Positions 1 through 9,854 of a DNA stretch of 64,000 nucleotides are shown here, piece after piece. How positions within the stretch are numbered: position 1 is the first letter of the stretch; each line of letters starts with the position of its first letter. The notes under the pieces were generated by a model that saw only the letters and a program-made list of their open reading frames with translations, was not told where the DNA came from and searched no databases. Position numbers and translations under genes: made by a program. Source of the stretch: Anaerolineae bacterium (GTDB lineage Bacteria > Chloroflexota > Anaerolineae > UBA1429); NCBI GenBank assembly GCA_963675785.1, contig OY776562.1:3136001-3200000 (forward strand). Reading direction: 5' to 3'.

Positions 1-1369
1 TTAGCGAAGATTCGGGCGAAATATCGATTGTGATGCCATCGACTCCCGTCAATATACTAGCCAGTGAAGTAAGCTCGGCGTGTGTTTGTTCTATCGTGGG
101 TTCGTAAGGATCAAAATCCAAAACGATCTGCCGATAGGATTCTGTGGTCAGTACATCTACGCCCACGGAGCGAAACGGCGGTGCATATTCCAAGAGCTGG
201 GCATAGTCGTTTTCGTCCAATAACTCTTGACTTTCTTCAATAGCTCGGTTTGTCTCTCCCTGGTTGGCAAGTTGAGCCAGCCATTCCAAATAGAGAGTTC
301 TGGTTTCTTCTTCATCCAAGGCAAGGCCACCGAGATCTTGCGCGTATTCTAAATAGTGTAGAGCAGAAACTGGATCACCGTCTTCAGAAAGCTTGACGGC
401 GATGCGATAGTAAATTTCGGCCAGAGAGGCATCTACGTCAAGCGAAGTATCGGCAGTTTTGGCTTGCTCGAGTTGATCTGCTGCAATCAGTAAATAGTTA
501 AGGCTTTCGGCATTCACAGTGCTAGCTTTTTCTAACCATATATTGACCAACATGATTCTGGCGCTACTGTCCTGAGGATTGTTGTCGATGACGGTCTGCA
601 ATTCTCCGGTCAGGCGATCCGTCCAATTCTCATCCTCAATGCCCAGATTTTCTGTTGCTTGTGTGATCTCCGATAGGAGGGCAGCTGTCGCCACATGATC
701 TTGTTGTTCTTCAGCTGTACGCAACGAGGTCCATATTGCGGGAACCAGCATCACAACATGATGTGCAGGCAAGGCCTTTTCTTCGTATGACCAGAAAAAC
801 TCTTTGCCGTCCAAGGCTTGGCCGTGTGGGAACATGGTGAAAAAGGCTTCGTCTGTGGCAATGGCACCATAATTCACACGTACCGAGGCACTGGCTGGGG
901 TTCCCCAGTGCGACAAAAGGTCAGTTTGCGATTGCCAGTCAAGGATGATGGCGTTTTCGATGCCATAACTAGAGCGCATCCGTAAGGTTGTCTCGCCAGC
1001 AACCAGGCCGATAGTCCAAGTTTGGTTTTCACTTGCTGAAACTGCCGTTTGGTTCGCCGTGAGTTGCCGTGTTGGCTGAATGGCGCTCTCGGACTCGTAG
1101 TCAGGCAAGTACAATGTCACCGCTGTCAGGCTCTCGCTATCCAGAAGGTATTCCTGGGTGCAAACCACCTCGTTGACGCCGATCTCAACTTCTTGGATGT
1201 AGGCTTTTAACGTGACGCCAGAGGGCAAGTTGGCGGGCAATAGGGGCATGTCCTCGATAATGGCGATCGACGATTCGGCGGCAACAGATTGGGGCAGCAC
1301 AAATGCTGGCAACATAAATGCAGCCAACAAAATGATCATGGCGATTGCAAAACGAGGCGTATTTTTCAT
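1..1369 (-). CDS. Secreted/membrane-anchored hypothetical protein with TPR-like helical region (3' end runs off the window)
   Basis: Not in ORF track. Manual translation from ATG at 1369: MKNTPRFAIAMIILLAAFMLPAFVLPQSVAAESS (signal-peptide-like). Later helical segment SLAEIYYRIAVKLSEDGDPVSALHYLEYAQDL. The frame is open in the segments checked, including the window edge. Confidence 0.75.
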   Translation of the reverse strand, partial: MKNTPRFAIAMIILLAAFMLPAFVLPQSVAAESSIAIIEDMPLLPANLPSGVTLKAYIQEVEIGVNEVVCTQEYLLDSESLTAVTLYLPDYESESAIQPTRQLTANQTAVSASENQTWTIGLVAGETTLRMRSSYGIENAIILDWQSQTDLLSHWGTPASASVRVNYGAIATDEAFFTMFPHGQALDGKEFFWSYEEKALPAHHVVMLVPAIWTSLRTAEEQQDHVATAALLSEITQATENLGIEDENWTDRLTGELQTVIDNNPQDSSARIMLVNIWLEKASTVNAESLNYLLIAADQLEQAKTADTSLDVDASLAEIYYRIAVKLSEDGDPVSALHYLEYAQDLGGLALDEEETRTLYLEWLAQLANQGETNRAIEESQELLDENDYAQLLEYAPPFRSVGVDVLTTESYRQIVLDFDPYEPTIEQTHAELTSLASILTGVDGITIDISPESSL

Positions 1370-1457
1370 GCGGCTCCCGAAGATGTCCAGACCTTGCAGT
1401 AGACACTATGCAGATAATAGCCGTCTGCGATGTTGCGGTCAATCGTGTGCCGGGGCA

Positions 1458-1487
1458 TTGTAAGGTATTACCTGGGCATGCTATAAT
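1458..1487 (+). promoter_or_regulatory. sigma70-type promoter for proBA
   Basis: TTGTAA-N18-TATAAT with extended TGn. Confidence 0.6.
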
Positions 1488-1514
1488 CGCGACACCCGTT
1501 GTAGGAGGTATTGG

Positions 1515-2633
1515 TTGAGCGCATCGGAAATTTCCCGTTGGCAACGCATCGTCATCAAAGTAGGAACCAGCACACTTACGGCTGGCCAAAAACGCTTGAA
1601 CCCACCCCGCATGGTTGATCTCTGTCGGCAGATTGCGGTTCTGCGCTCGTGGGGTGCGGATGTGGTGCTGGTTACCTCGGGGGCGCAGCAGGCTGGCCGC
1701 GAGCGCTTGGGGAATGGTCAAGAAGAGAGTGGCATTCCCTACAAGCAGATGCTGGCTGCTATTGGCCAGGGGCGTATCATGCAGTTCTGGGAGCAGTATT
1801 TTGAGCTGTACGAGATCATTGTGGGGCAGGTGCTGCTCACCCGCGAGGATATCGAGGATCGCAAGCGCTATTTGAGCGTGCGCGATACTTTTGAAACATT
1901 GCTCAAGCATGGCATTGTGCCGGTGGTGAACGAGAATGACGCCGTGGCTACTGACGAGATCAAGGTGGGCGAGAACGACAGCCTTTCGGCGCTGGTTGCT
2001 AATCTCATCGGCGCTGATTTGTTGGTGCTCCTCACCGATATCGACGGCCTTTACTCGGCGGATCCTTCTGTCAGTCCAGAGGCCGAACTCATCGGGCAGG
2101 TCGAGGTGATCGATGAGAGTATCTATGCTTTGGCCTCAGGCAGCAGATCTGGCCTTGGCACTGGCGGCATGTACACCAAGATTCTGGCCGCCGATATTGC
2201 CACGCATTCGGGTACTTCAGTGCTCATTACCAACGGTGGGCGGGACGGCGCACTGCTGGAGGCTCTCGCGGATCAAAAGGGTACCTGGTTTCCGGCGACT
2301 ATTACGCCTTCAGAAGGGCGTAAACGCTGGCTGTTGACCCAAAAAGGGGATGCCAGTGGTGTGATCGTGGACGATGGCGCGGCCAAGGCTATCAAGTCCG
2401 GCGGCACGAGCTTGTTGGCGGTCGGTGTCAAAGGCATCGTTGGCTCCTTTGAGCGCGGTAGTGTCATTGCGGTACATACGGGCTCGGGTGGAGTGATTGC
2501 CCGCGGCCTGGCCAATTATTCTGCTACTGATGTATCCCAAATTGCTGGCAAACGATCGGGAGACATCCAGAATATTCTCGGATACGATTACGGTCCAGAG
2601 ATTGTTCACTGCGACAACATGATTCTGCTTTAA
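1515..2633 (+). CDS. proB: Glutamate 5-kinase with C-terminal PUA domain
   Basis: VIKVGTS, NENDAV, GTGGMYTK motifs; AGGAGG RBS; adjacent to proA. Confidence 0.97.
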   Translation: MSASEISRWQRIVIKVGTSTLTAGQKRLNPPRMVDLCRQIAVLRSWGADVVLVTSGAQQAGRERLGNGQEESGIPYKQMLAAIGQGRIMQFWEQYFELYEIIVGQVLLTREDIEDRKRYLSVRDTFETLLKHGIVPVVNENDAVATDEIKVGENDSLSALVANLIGADLLVLLTDIDGLYSADPSVSPEAELIGQVEVIDESIYALASGSRSGLGTGGMYTKILAADIATHSGTSVLITNGGRDGALLEALADQKGTWFPATITPSEGRKRWLLTQKGDASGVIVDDGAAKAIKSGGTSLLAVGVKGIVGSFERGSVIAVHTGSGGVIARGLANYSATDVSQIAGKRSGDIQNILGYDYGPEIVHCDNMILL

Positions 2634-2652
2634 GCGGGTTGGGAGGACGACC

Positions 2653-3924
2653 GTGGTAGATGTTCGCGAGCTTGCGAATCGGGCACTGGCCGCTAGCAAA
2701 CAGCTGGCGCTGCTTTCTACGGATGTGCGCAACAGTGCCTTGCTGGGCATTGCCCAGCGGCTGGATGACGCTGGTGAGGCCCTGTGGGAGGCTAATCGCG
2801 CCGATATTGCGGCGGCGCAAGAGGCGGGTGTGGCTGCTCCCCTCATCGATCGCGCCACGCTGACCCCGAAAAAGCTGGTTGGCATGGCTCAGGGTTGCCG
2901 CGACGTGGCCGCTTTGTCTGATCCTCTCGGCGAACTATTTGATGCTCGCACCATGCCTAATGGCTTGCGCCTGGCTAAAAAGCGCGTCCCCCTGGGCGTG
3001 ATGGCGGTGATATTCGAATCTCGCCCCAACGTGACCATCGATATTGGCGCGCTGGGCATCAAGACGGGCAATGCCGTAATCATGCGCGGTGGGCGCGAAT
3101 CGTTGCAGACCAACATCATTTTGGCTGAATGGGTGCGCGAGGCTTGTGTAGAAGCTGGCGTACCAGCGGATGCTGTGCAGCTCATCACTTCCACCGACCG
3201 TTCGCTGGTACCCGAGCTGTTGGCCATGGACGACATCATCGATCTGGTCATCCCCCGCGGCGGCTCCGGTTTGCAGGCTATGGTCAAAGAGCACGCCCGT
3301 ATGCCGGTGATTTACGGCGGCATCGGCGTTTGCCATCTCTATGTCGATGAATCCGCCGACCTGGAGCGCTCTCTGCCTATCATCAACAACGCCAAGACCC
3401 AGGCTCCCTCGGTATGCAACTCGTTGGATACAGTATTGGTAAACAAAGCCGTGGCAGCACAATTCGTACCGATGATGGTAGCCGACCTGACGGCTTCTGG
3501 TGTCCAAGTGCTGTGCGACGAGGGTTCTCTGGCTTGTGCGCGGGCTGCGGAGGGCATTGATCAAAGTATGATAGATGAGGCCACCCCTGAGGATTACGGT
3601 CGCGAGTTTCTTTCGCTAGCCCTTTCGGTCAAGGTGGTGGATTCCCTCGATGAGGCCATTGCCCACATCGACCGCTTCAGCACGCGGCATTCCGATGGCA
3701 TCCTCACCAATGATTATGCCCATGCCACGCGTTTTACCAACGAGGTCAACTCAGCAGCCGTTTTTGTGAATGCCAGCACGCGCTTTAATGATGGTGGTGA
3801 GTTTGGCCTGGGTGCCGAAGTGGCCATCAGCACCCAAAAGATGCATGCTCGCGGTCCTATGGGCCCCAAAGAGCTGACGACGTACAAGTGGGTGGTGCAA
3901 GGTGATTGGCACTGGCGCAAGTAA
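2653..3924 (+). CDS. proA: Gamma-glutamyl phosphate reductase
   Basis: VPLGV..IFESRPNVT, PSVCNSLDT, NASTRFNDGGEFGLGAE, HARGPMG. Confidence 0.97.
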   Translation: MVDVRELANRALAASKQLALLSTDVRNSALLGIAQRLDDAGEALWEANRADIAAAQEAGVAAPLIDRATLTPKKLVGMAQGCRDVAALSDPLGELFDARTMPNGLRLAKKRVPLGVMAVIFESRPNVTIDIGALGIKTGNAVIMRGGRESLQTNIILAEWVREACVEAGVPADAVQLITSTDRSLVPELLAMDDIIDLVIPRGGSGLQAMVKEHARMPVIYGGIGVCHLYVDESADLERSLPIINNAKTQAPSVCNSLDTVLVNKAVAAQFVPMMVADLTASGVQVLCDEGSLACARAAEGIDQSMIDEATPEDYGREFLSLALSVKVVDSLDEAIAHIDRFSTRHSDGILTNDYAHATRFTNEVNSAAVFVNASTRFNDGGEFGLGAEVAISTQKMHARGPMGPKELTTYKWVVQGDWHWRK

Positions 3925-3940
3925 ACGGAGAGAGACATTT

Positions 3941-5323
3941 GTGAATACGATTGTCGAGCCATCACACGAACTGCCGATTATTGCCGATGTGGATGTAGTT
4001 GTTGTGGGCGGCGGCCCCGGCGGATTTCCAGCGGCTATTGCTGCGGCACGCCACGGTGCCAAGACACTGCTCGTTGAGCGTTATGGCTTTTTGGGCGGTA
4101 TGGCCTCTGCGGGGTTGGTTGCTCCGGTCTTGGGTCACACGGCTCACGAGACTACCGAGCCCATTGTCGAGGGCATTCTCAAAGAAGTAACCGAACGGAT
4201 GCACGCCTTGGGCTGTGCACCTGCCTGGCGAGAGACGCTGGAACGACAAAATATCCCCTTTGATGCTGAAGCACTCAAGATTGTGTTGGATGAGATGTGC
4301 GCCGAGGCCGGTGTGCAAGTGCTGTTTCACACCCGTTTTGCCGATGCCATTGTCGAGAATGACCGCATCACAGCGATCATTGTGGAGAATAAGAGCGGGC
4401 GGCAGGCCATCACCGCCAAGATATTTGTGGACGCCACCGGAGATGCCGACTTGGCTGTGGCGGCTGGCGCCCCTACCACGCACGGGCGGCCTTTCGACGG
4501 CAAGGGCGAATCCATGGGCTCATTCTTTCATTTGGGGGCTGTGCCCGAACTGAGCGAGGAACGGCGCCGCGAGATTACGGCCCAGATCGAACACGAGATG
4601 GAAGACGGTCGTTTCCATTTTTACAACCCCGGTTTTTTGGCCAAGAACAGCTACCATAAGGATCACACCGCAGCCAACATGACCCGTTTCAGCGGCAATC
4701 CCGATTCGGGTGCTGATCTGAGCGCGGGTGAAGCCTCTGTACGGCGCGATGTGTGGGACTTGGTGCGTTATTTGCGCACCACCGTGCCGGAATTTGCTGA
4801 TATCTATATTCAGCAGACCTCGCCACAGATCGGTCCGCGCGAGAGCCGCCAGATTGTCGGCCCCTATGTGTTTACTGGCGAGGACGTGAATACAGGGAAA
4901 AAGTTCGAAGACGCTATCGCTCGCGGTTCTTGGTGGATCGACATTCACTGTCCCCTGGGGAATACTTATCCGGTGCATCTCTGCGTCAAGGATTGCCCTA
5001 TGGGTGCCGATTGCCCCTATTGGGCGGCAGAGCACGAGAACATGCGCCTGACCAGTGAGCTCTACCCGCCCTATGGCGATTGGTACACCATTCCTTACCG
5101 CAGCTTGTTGTCTGTCAAGGTGCCCAATCTCTACGCTTCGGGGCGCTGCATCTCGGCTACCCACGAAGGCATTGCCGGGGCGCGAATCATGAGCACCTGT
5201 ATGGCCATCGGCCAGGCGGTGGGGACAGCGGCAGCCATGGCTCTTGAAGCTGGCTGTGAGTTGATCGATGTCGATACGGCCCGGCTTCGCGATATGCTGG
5301 AAAAAGACGGCGCCCTGGTCTGA
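3941..5323 (+). CDS. FAD-dependent oxidoreductase (FAD_oxidored-like family) with a 4-Cys segment
   Basis: DVVVVGGGPGG, FVDATGDAD, GPRESRQIVG, YTIPYRSL, GRCISATH; GTG start at 3941 after GGAG RBS. Confidence 0.85.
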   Translation: MNTIVEPSHELPIIADVDVVVVGGGPGGFPAAIAAARHGAKTLLVERYGFLGGMASAGLVAPVLGHTAHETTEPIVEGILKEVTERMHALGCAPAWRETLERQNIPFDAEALKIVLDEMCAEAGVQVLFHTRFADAIVENDRITAIIVENKSGRQAITAKIFVDATGDADLAVAAGAPTTHGRPFDGKGESMGSFFHLGAVPELSEERRREITAQIEHEMEDGRFHFYNPGFLAKNSYHKDHTAANMTRFSGNPDSGADLSAGEASVRRDVWDLVRYLRTTVPEFADIYIQQTSPQIGPRESRQIVGPYVFTGEDVNTGKKFEDAIARGSWWIDIHCPLGNTYPVHLCVKDCPMGADCPYWAAEHENMRLTSELYPPYGDWYTIPYRSLLSVKVPNLYASGRCISATHEGIAGARIMSTCMAIGQAVGTAAAMALEAGCELIDVDTARLRDMLEKDGALV

Positions 5324-5333
5324 TGCCGGACGC

Positions 5334-5362
5334 TTGACAGGGCTGCTGGGGCGCAACATAGT
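5334..5362 (+). promoter_or_regulatory. sigma70-type promoter for the Gfo/Idh/MocA-TIM barrel pair
   Basis: TTGACA-N17-CATAGT. Confidence 0.6.
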
Positions 5363-5394
5363 TTGCAGGCAAGCACATGCCAAAGGAGGCTAGT

Positions 5395-6588
5395 ATGGTT
5401 AGTGGCAAGGATGAACAAAGGATCTTTCCGCGCAAGCTAAAGATGGGCATGGTCGGCGGTGGCCGTGATGCCTTTATCGGTGCCGTACATCGTCGCGCTG
5501 CTCAGTTGGATGGCGATGTCGAGCTGGTGGCCGGCTGTTTTTCCTCCAATCCTGAGAAATCCCAAGCCTCGGGGCGTGACCTTTATGTTGCTCCCGAGCG
5601 GACCTATGGCACCTATCAGGAGATGGTTGAGAAGGAAAGCCAGCTGCCTGAGGGCGAGCGCATCGATTTCGTCTCGGTGGTTACCCCCAATCACATGCAT
5701 TATCCGGTATCCAAGGCCTTTGCGGAAGCGGGTTTCAATGTGGTTTGCGATAAACCGCTGGTGCATACCATGGAGCAGGCCCGCGATCTCAACTGTGTGG
5801 TCAAGAAAGCGGGCGTCTGTTTTGCCGTCAGCTATAACTATACCGGCTATCCCATGGTCAAGCAGGCTCGTTACCTGGTGCAATCGGGCGCGCTGGGCGA
5901 GATTCGCAAAGTCATCGTCGAGTATCCTCAGGGCTGGTTGGCGGAACGTGTAGAGAACGAGGGCAGCAAGCAAGCCGCTTGGCGCACCGATCCGGCACGT
6001 TCGGGTATATCCGGCTGCATTGGCGATATTGGCTCCCACGCCGAGAATCTGGCTTCTTATATTACTGGTCTAGAACTCGAAGCAATCTGTGCCGACCTGA
6101 GCATCTTTGCCCCTGGTCGCCAGTTGGACGACGACGGCAACATTTTGCTGCGCTATACCAATGGCGCTCGTGGTGTGCTGACGGCATCGCAGGTATGCCC
6201 TGGCCAAGAGAACAGTTTGCGCATTCGCGTTTGGGGCACCAAGGCGGGCATCGAGTGGGTACAAGAGGAGCCGAATTTCCTGTATGTGTTCAGCAACAGC
6301 GAGCCTCTACAGGTTTTCAAGCCGGGCAATGGCTATGTGTGCGAGGCCGCTGCTGCAGCGACACGCCTGCCTGCCGGGCATCCGGAGGCTTTTATCGAGG
6401 CTTTTGCCAATATCTATCATGGTTTTTGCGATGATGTACGGGCCAAACTGATGGGCCAGGAATTGGGCACCTCGCTTCTTGACTACCCCTCGGTGTTGGA
6501 GGGCGCGCGGGGCGTTTACTTTATCAACAAGGCCGTAGAGAGCAGCCATTCGGACGTCAAGTGGCTACCCATGGCTTTTGAGCTCTAG
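5395..6588 (+). CDS. Gfo/Idh/MocA family NAD(P)-dependent oxidoreductase
   Basis: GMVGGG..AFIGAVH, VTPNHMH, CDKP, GDIGSH; ATG at 5395 after AAGGAGG. Confidence 0.92.
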   Translation: MVSGKDEQRIFPRKLKMGMVGGGRDAFIGAVHRRAAQLDGDVELVAGCFSSNPEKSQASGRDLYVAPERTYGTYQEMVEKESQLPEGERIDFVSVVTPNHMHYPVSKAFAEAGFNVVCDKPLVHTMEQARDLNCVVKKAGVCFAVSYNYTGYPMVKQARYLVQSGALGEIRKVIVEYPQGWLAERVENEGSKQAAWRTDPARSGISGCIGDIGSHAENLASYITGLELEAICADLSIFAPGRQLDDDGNILLRYTNGARGVLTASQVCPGQENSLRIRVWGTKAGIEWVQEEPNFLYVFSNSEPLQVFKPGNGYVCEAAAAATRLPAGHPEAFIEAFANIYHGFCDDVRAKLMGQELGTSLLDYPSVLEGARGVYFINKAVESSHSDVKWLPMAFEL

Positions 6589-6611
6589 TGGCATAGTAAG
6601 AGGAGAATGAG

Positions 6612-7616
6612 ATGACCAGACCTGTAACGCTTTTTACCGGCCAGTGGGCCGATCTGCCCTTTGCGACGGTTTGTGAAAAGGCAGCTTCTTGGGGATATGA
6701 TGGCCTGGAGATCGCCTGTTGGGGTGACCATTTCGATGTGGTCAAGGCTGTTGAGGACGACACCTATTGCCAGAATCGCTGGGACATTCTCAACAAGTAT
6801 GGCTTGAAATGCTACGCCATCAGCACGCATCTGACGGGGCAGTTGGTGTGCGATTACCCATTGGATGAGCGCCACAAGGACATGGCTTTGCCGCGTGTTT
6901 GGGGCGATGGCGATCCCGAAGGCGTGCATCGGCGTGCCGCCGAAGAGGTCAAGACTACGGCTCGCGCCGCGAAAAAGTTTGGTGTGGACATTGTGAACGG
7001 TTTTACTGGCTCGAGTGTGTGGTACACCCTGGCCATGTTCCCACCCACGCCCGATGCGATGATCGCCCGCGGCTATCAGGATTTCGCTGACCGTTGGAAT
7101 CCCATCATCGATGTGTTCGACGAAATGGGCGTCAAGTTTGCGCTCGAAGTGCACCCCTCTGAGATCGCCTATGATTTCTGGAGCACCAAGCGCACCTTGG
7201 AGGCCATCGGTAACCGCGAGGGCTTTGGCATCAACTTTGACCCCAGCCATCTCTATTGGCAGATGGTCGATCCGGTGCTCTTTGTGTACGAGTTTGCTGA
7301 CCGTATCTATCACATGCACGTCAAAGAGTCGGTGCGTAATCTCGATGGACGCAATGGCATCCTCAGCTCCAACCTACCTTTTGGCGATCATCGCCGCGGC
7401 TGGAACTTTGTCTCTCCGGGGCGTGGCGGCGTGCCCTTTGAAAAGGTATTCCGGGCGCTCAACGATGTGGGCTATACTGGGCCGCTCTCGGTTGAGTGGG
7501 AAGACAATGGCATGGACCGCATGCAGGGCGCGCCTGAGGCGTTGGCCCTCTGTCGCCGTCTGGATCTTACGCCTTCTGATGTGGCTTTTGATGCCGCTTT
7601 CAGCAGCGAGAAATAA
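6612..7616 (+). CDS. Xylose-isomerase-like TIM barrel (sugar phosphate isomerase/epimerase, AP_endonuc_2 family)
   Basis: [30 protein letters not shown] metal-binding motifs. Confidence 0.9.
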   Translation: MTRPVTLFTGQWADLPFATVCEKAASWGYDGLEIACWGDHFDVVKAVEDDTYCQNRWDILNKYGLKCYAISTHLTGQLVCDYPLDERHKDMALPRVWGDGDPEGVHRRAAEEVKTTARAAKKFGVDIVNGFTGSSVWYTLAMFPPTPDAMIARGYQDFADRWNPIIDVFDEMGVKFALEVHPSEIAYDFWSTKRTLEAIGNREGFGINFDPSHLYWQMVDPVLFVYEFADRIYHMHVKESVRNLDGRNGILSSNLPFGDHRRGWNFVSPGRGGVPFEKVFRALNDVGYTGPLSVEWEDNGMDRMQGAPEALALCRRLDLTPSDVAFDAAFSSEK

Positions 7617-7630
7617 ACTGCGGAGAACGC

Positions 7631-7663
7631 AAAAACGGGGGCGAGTTATTCGCCCCCGTTTTT
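7631..7663. terminator. Bidirectional intrinsic terminator
   Basis: AAAACGGGGGCGA-GTTAT-TCGCCCCCGTTTTT between convergent genes. Confidence 0.88.
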
Positions 7664-7669
7664 GCTTGC

Positions 7670-8701
7670 TTAGGGTTCGAGGATGACCTTCATCAAGCCC
7701 GGTTCGTGCTTGTAGAGCCGCTGGAACCAATCATCGCCTTCAGAAAGCGGTGCTATGGCGCTAATGAGCGCCTCGACATCGATGACGCCGCGAGCGATCA
7801 TATCCAGGCAAGCGGGGTATTCGCCAGCCGAGGCACAAGAGCCATAGAGCGTGATTTGCCGTGTAACCACCTGCTGCAGCGGAAAGTTGGTTTTCGGCGC
7901 CACATTGCCCACCAGCGTGACGGTGCCGCCCTTGTGGATGCAGGTGAGCGCCGTTTGCAGGGTGGGATCGATGCCCACCACTTCAAAGGCGTGGTCAGCA
8001 CCTTGTCCACGGGTGAGGGCCTGTATTTCTACTGCGGTATCTTGCAGATCCGAGCGAATGGCGTGGTCGGCACCCAGCGTGAGCGCTTTCTCCAGGCGGC
8101 CAGCATCCAAATCGACGGCGATGATGGTGCCGCAACCGGCAGCGCGCAAGGCCTGAATGACCAGCAGCCCGATCATGCCGGCGCCTACCACCACGGCACT
8201 ATCATTCAGCTTGATGGGCGTGCGGTCCACGGCGTGAAAGGCCACCGAAACCGGCTCGACCATGGCTGCCTGTACAAAGGAAACATCATTGGGCAGGGCA
8301 TAGAGGATGTGTTGAGGCACCACCACGTATTCGGCAAAGGCCCCATCCTGGCGATAATCCTCGCAAGAGACGCCCAGTACACGGCGATTATCGCAGAGGT
8401 TGATGAGCCCCTGGCGGCAATAGCTGCATTCGCCGCAATAGATGGTCGAGTCAAAGGTGACGCGGTCGCCTGGCTGCCAGCCTGTAATACCAGAGCCGAC
8501 GCTTTCGATGATGCCAGCGGCTTCATGCCCCATGATGACTGGGGGAACGCGGCGCCCCGTGCTACCGTCCATACCATGCACATCACTGCCGCAAATGCCG
8601 CAGGCCTTGATGTGTATGAGTACCTCGTTAGCGGCGGGCTCAGGCTTGGGCACGTCGGTCAGGGTAAAACGGCCATATTCGGCCATCACAAGGGCTTGCA
8701 T
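7670..8701 (-). CDS. Zn-dependent alcohol/polyol dehydrogenase (galactitol-1-P / L-iditol dehydrogenase-like)
   Basis: CGICGSD, GHE, CGECSYC..G..NLC, GAGMIG. Confidence 0.9.
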   Translation of the reverse strand: MQALVMAEYGRFTLTDVPKPEPAANEVLIHIKACGICGSDVHGMDGSTGRRVPPVIMGHEAAGIIESVGSGITGWQPGDRVTFDSTIYCGECSYCRQGLINLCDNRRVLGVSCEDYRQDGAFAEYVVVPQHILYALPNDVSFVQAAMVEPVSVAFHAVDRTPIKLNDSAVVVGAGMIGLLVIQALRAAGCGTIIAVDLDAGRLEKALTLGADHAIRSDLQDTAVEIQALTRGQGADHAFEVVGIDPTLQTALTCIHKGGTVTLVGNVAPKTNFPLQQVVTRQITLYGSCASAGEYPACLDMIARGVIDVEALISAIAPLSEGDDWFQRLYKHEPGLMKVILEP

Positions 8702-8740
8702 AGTTATCTCCTTCAATCAGATACGGGCCAGGGCGTTATT

Positions 8741-9658
8741 TTACAGTAAAGCGCGCATGTTGCGCGATAGAGCTTGGCCCCACCAGGCGTCATTCAGGTT
8801 GAGCGCTTCGAGTGCATTTCTTGTTTTTTCGGGCAAATCGTCATATTCGCCGCCAGCGCAAATAGCGTCGATGTCGGCTTCATCAAAGGGATCCTCGACC
8901 GCCTCGGTGTGGATGTGCCCTTTGTCTTGCGGACAGGCCATCTGGCAGCGCATACAGCCGACAAGGGTGTGGTGCACCGAGGGGTTCAACCATTCGGGAA
9001 AATCGCCGCCGTGCTCGTTGAGATAGGTCAGGCAGCGTTCACCGTGAATGATGTTTCTATCGAGATCGATGCATTGCGTGGGGCAAGCGCGCACGCAGAC
9101 TCGGCAGGTTTCACATTCAGGCATACGCGCTGCGGGTCCCCAAGTATAATCATCTGGCGCTGGCATGTCGCTAACAAAAGCGTTGAGACGGATAAAACTT
9201 CCGAATTGCGGATTGTAACTGATGTTGTTGCGCCCATAAAGACACAGTCCACTTCTTACGGCAGTTAGCTTCATGGGGATTCCGCCAGGGCGTTGGCACT
9301 GGAAACCGGCTTGTTCCATAACGTCCTGAACGTGCTGCTTTGTCCTGGCATCGTTGCGGCCATAGGCATAGCCTGGCGGTAGAATGAACTCGTGTCGTTT
9401 ACCGCGATAGGTTAAATGCAGAAAAAGCATGGGTTCGGGTGTTACCGTCACAATTACCGAGCGTGCTTCGGGAAACTGTGTTTGCAGGTTTGTTTCAAAA
9501 TAGCGCTTGTAGCTCTTGGCGAACTTGTCATCCAGGCTGTCTGAATTAAAGAGGGCGCGCATTTCATCAAGGGCTTCATCGACGCAGGTTATCGGCAGGA
9601 TGCGAACTTGGCATTCGCTGTTCTGAAGAGCGGCTCGTACTTGATCCTGGATTTTCAC
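8741..9658 (-). CDS. 4Fe-4S double-cluster protein, QueG (epoxyqueuosine reductase)/reductive dehalogenase-like superfamily
   Basis: KLTAVRSGL..YGRNN, CETCRVCVRACP, RCLTYLNE, GCMRCQMACP. Confidence 0.75.
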   Translation of the reverse strand: MKIQDQVRAALQNSECQVRILPITCVDEALDEMRALFNSDSLDDKFAKSYKRYFETNLQTQFPEARSVIVTVTPEPMLFLHLTYRGKRHEFILPPGYAYGRNDARTKQHVQDVMEQAGFQCQRPGGIPMKLTAVRSGLCLYGRNNISYNPQFGSFIRLNAFVSDMPAPDDYTWGPAARMPECETCRVCVRACPTQCIDLDRNIIHGERCLTYLNEHGGDFPEWLNPSVHHTLVGCMRCQMACPQDKGHIHTEAVEDPFDEADIDAICAGGEYDDLPEKTRNALEALNLNDAWWGQALSRNMRALL

Positions 9659-9796
9659 TAGGCCCCTCCATGTTCAGTTGGTTCAATCATGCCCATCAGT
9701 CAATCATTCTGTACAAGAGCATTTTCCTTGTCTCTTATAGCATGGCCTATCGCTTGCCGCAATTATCAGCGTTCCTGGCTTAACAGGTGACGTGCT

Positions 9797-9825
9797 TTGA
9801 CAGGCCTGTGGCCCCGGTTTAGAAT
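9797..9825 (+). promoter_or_regulatory. sigma70-type promoter
   Basis: TTGACA-N17-TAGAAT. Confidence 0.7.
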
Positions 9826-9854
9826 CGTAGCATCCTACCTTTGGAGGCATTTTC

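Noticed and set aside
7706-8749. 347-aa plus-strand ORF (also 53477-54499, 4520-5383, 27966-28754, 14681-15442, 1185-1910)
   Set aside because: Antisense shadows of well-supported genes, common at this GC content; no motifs.
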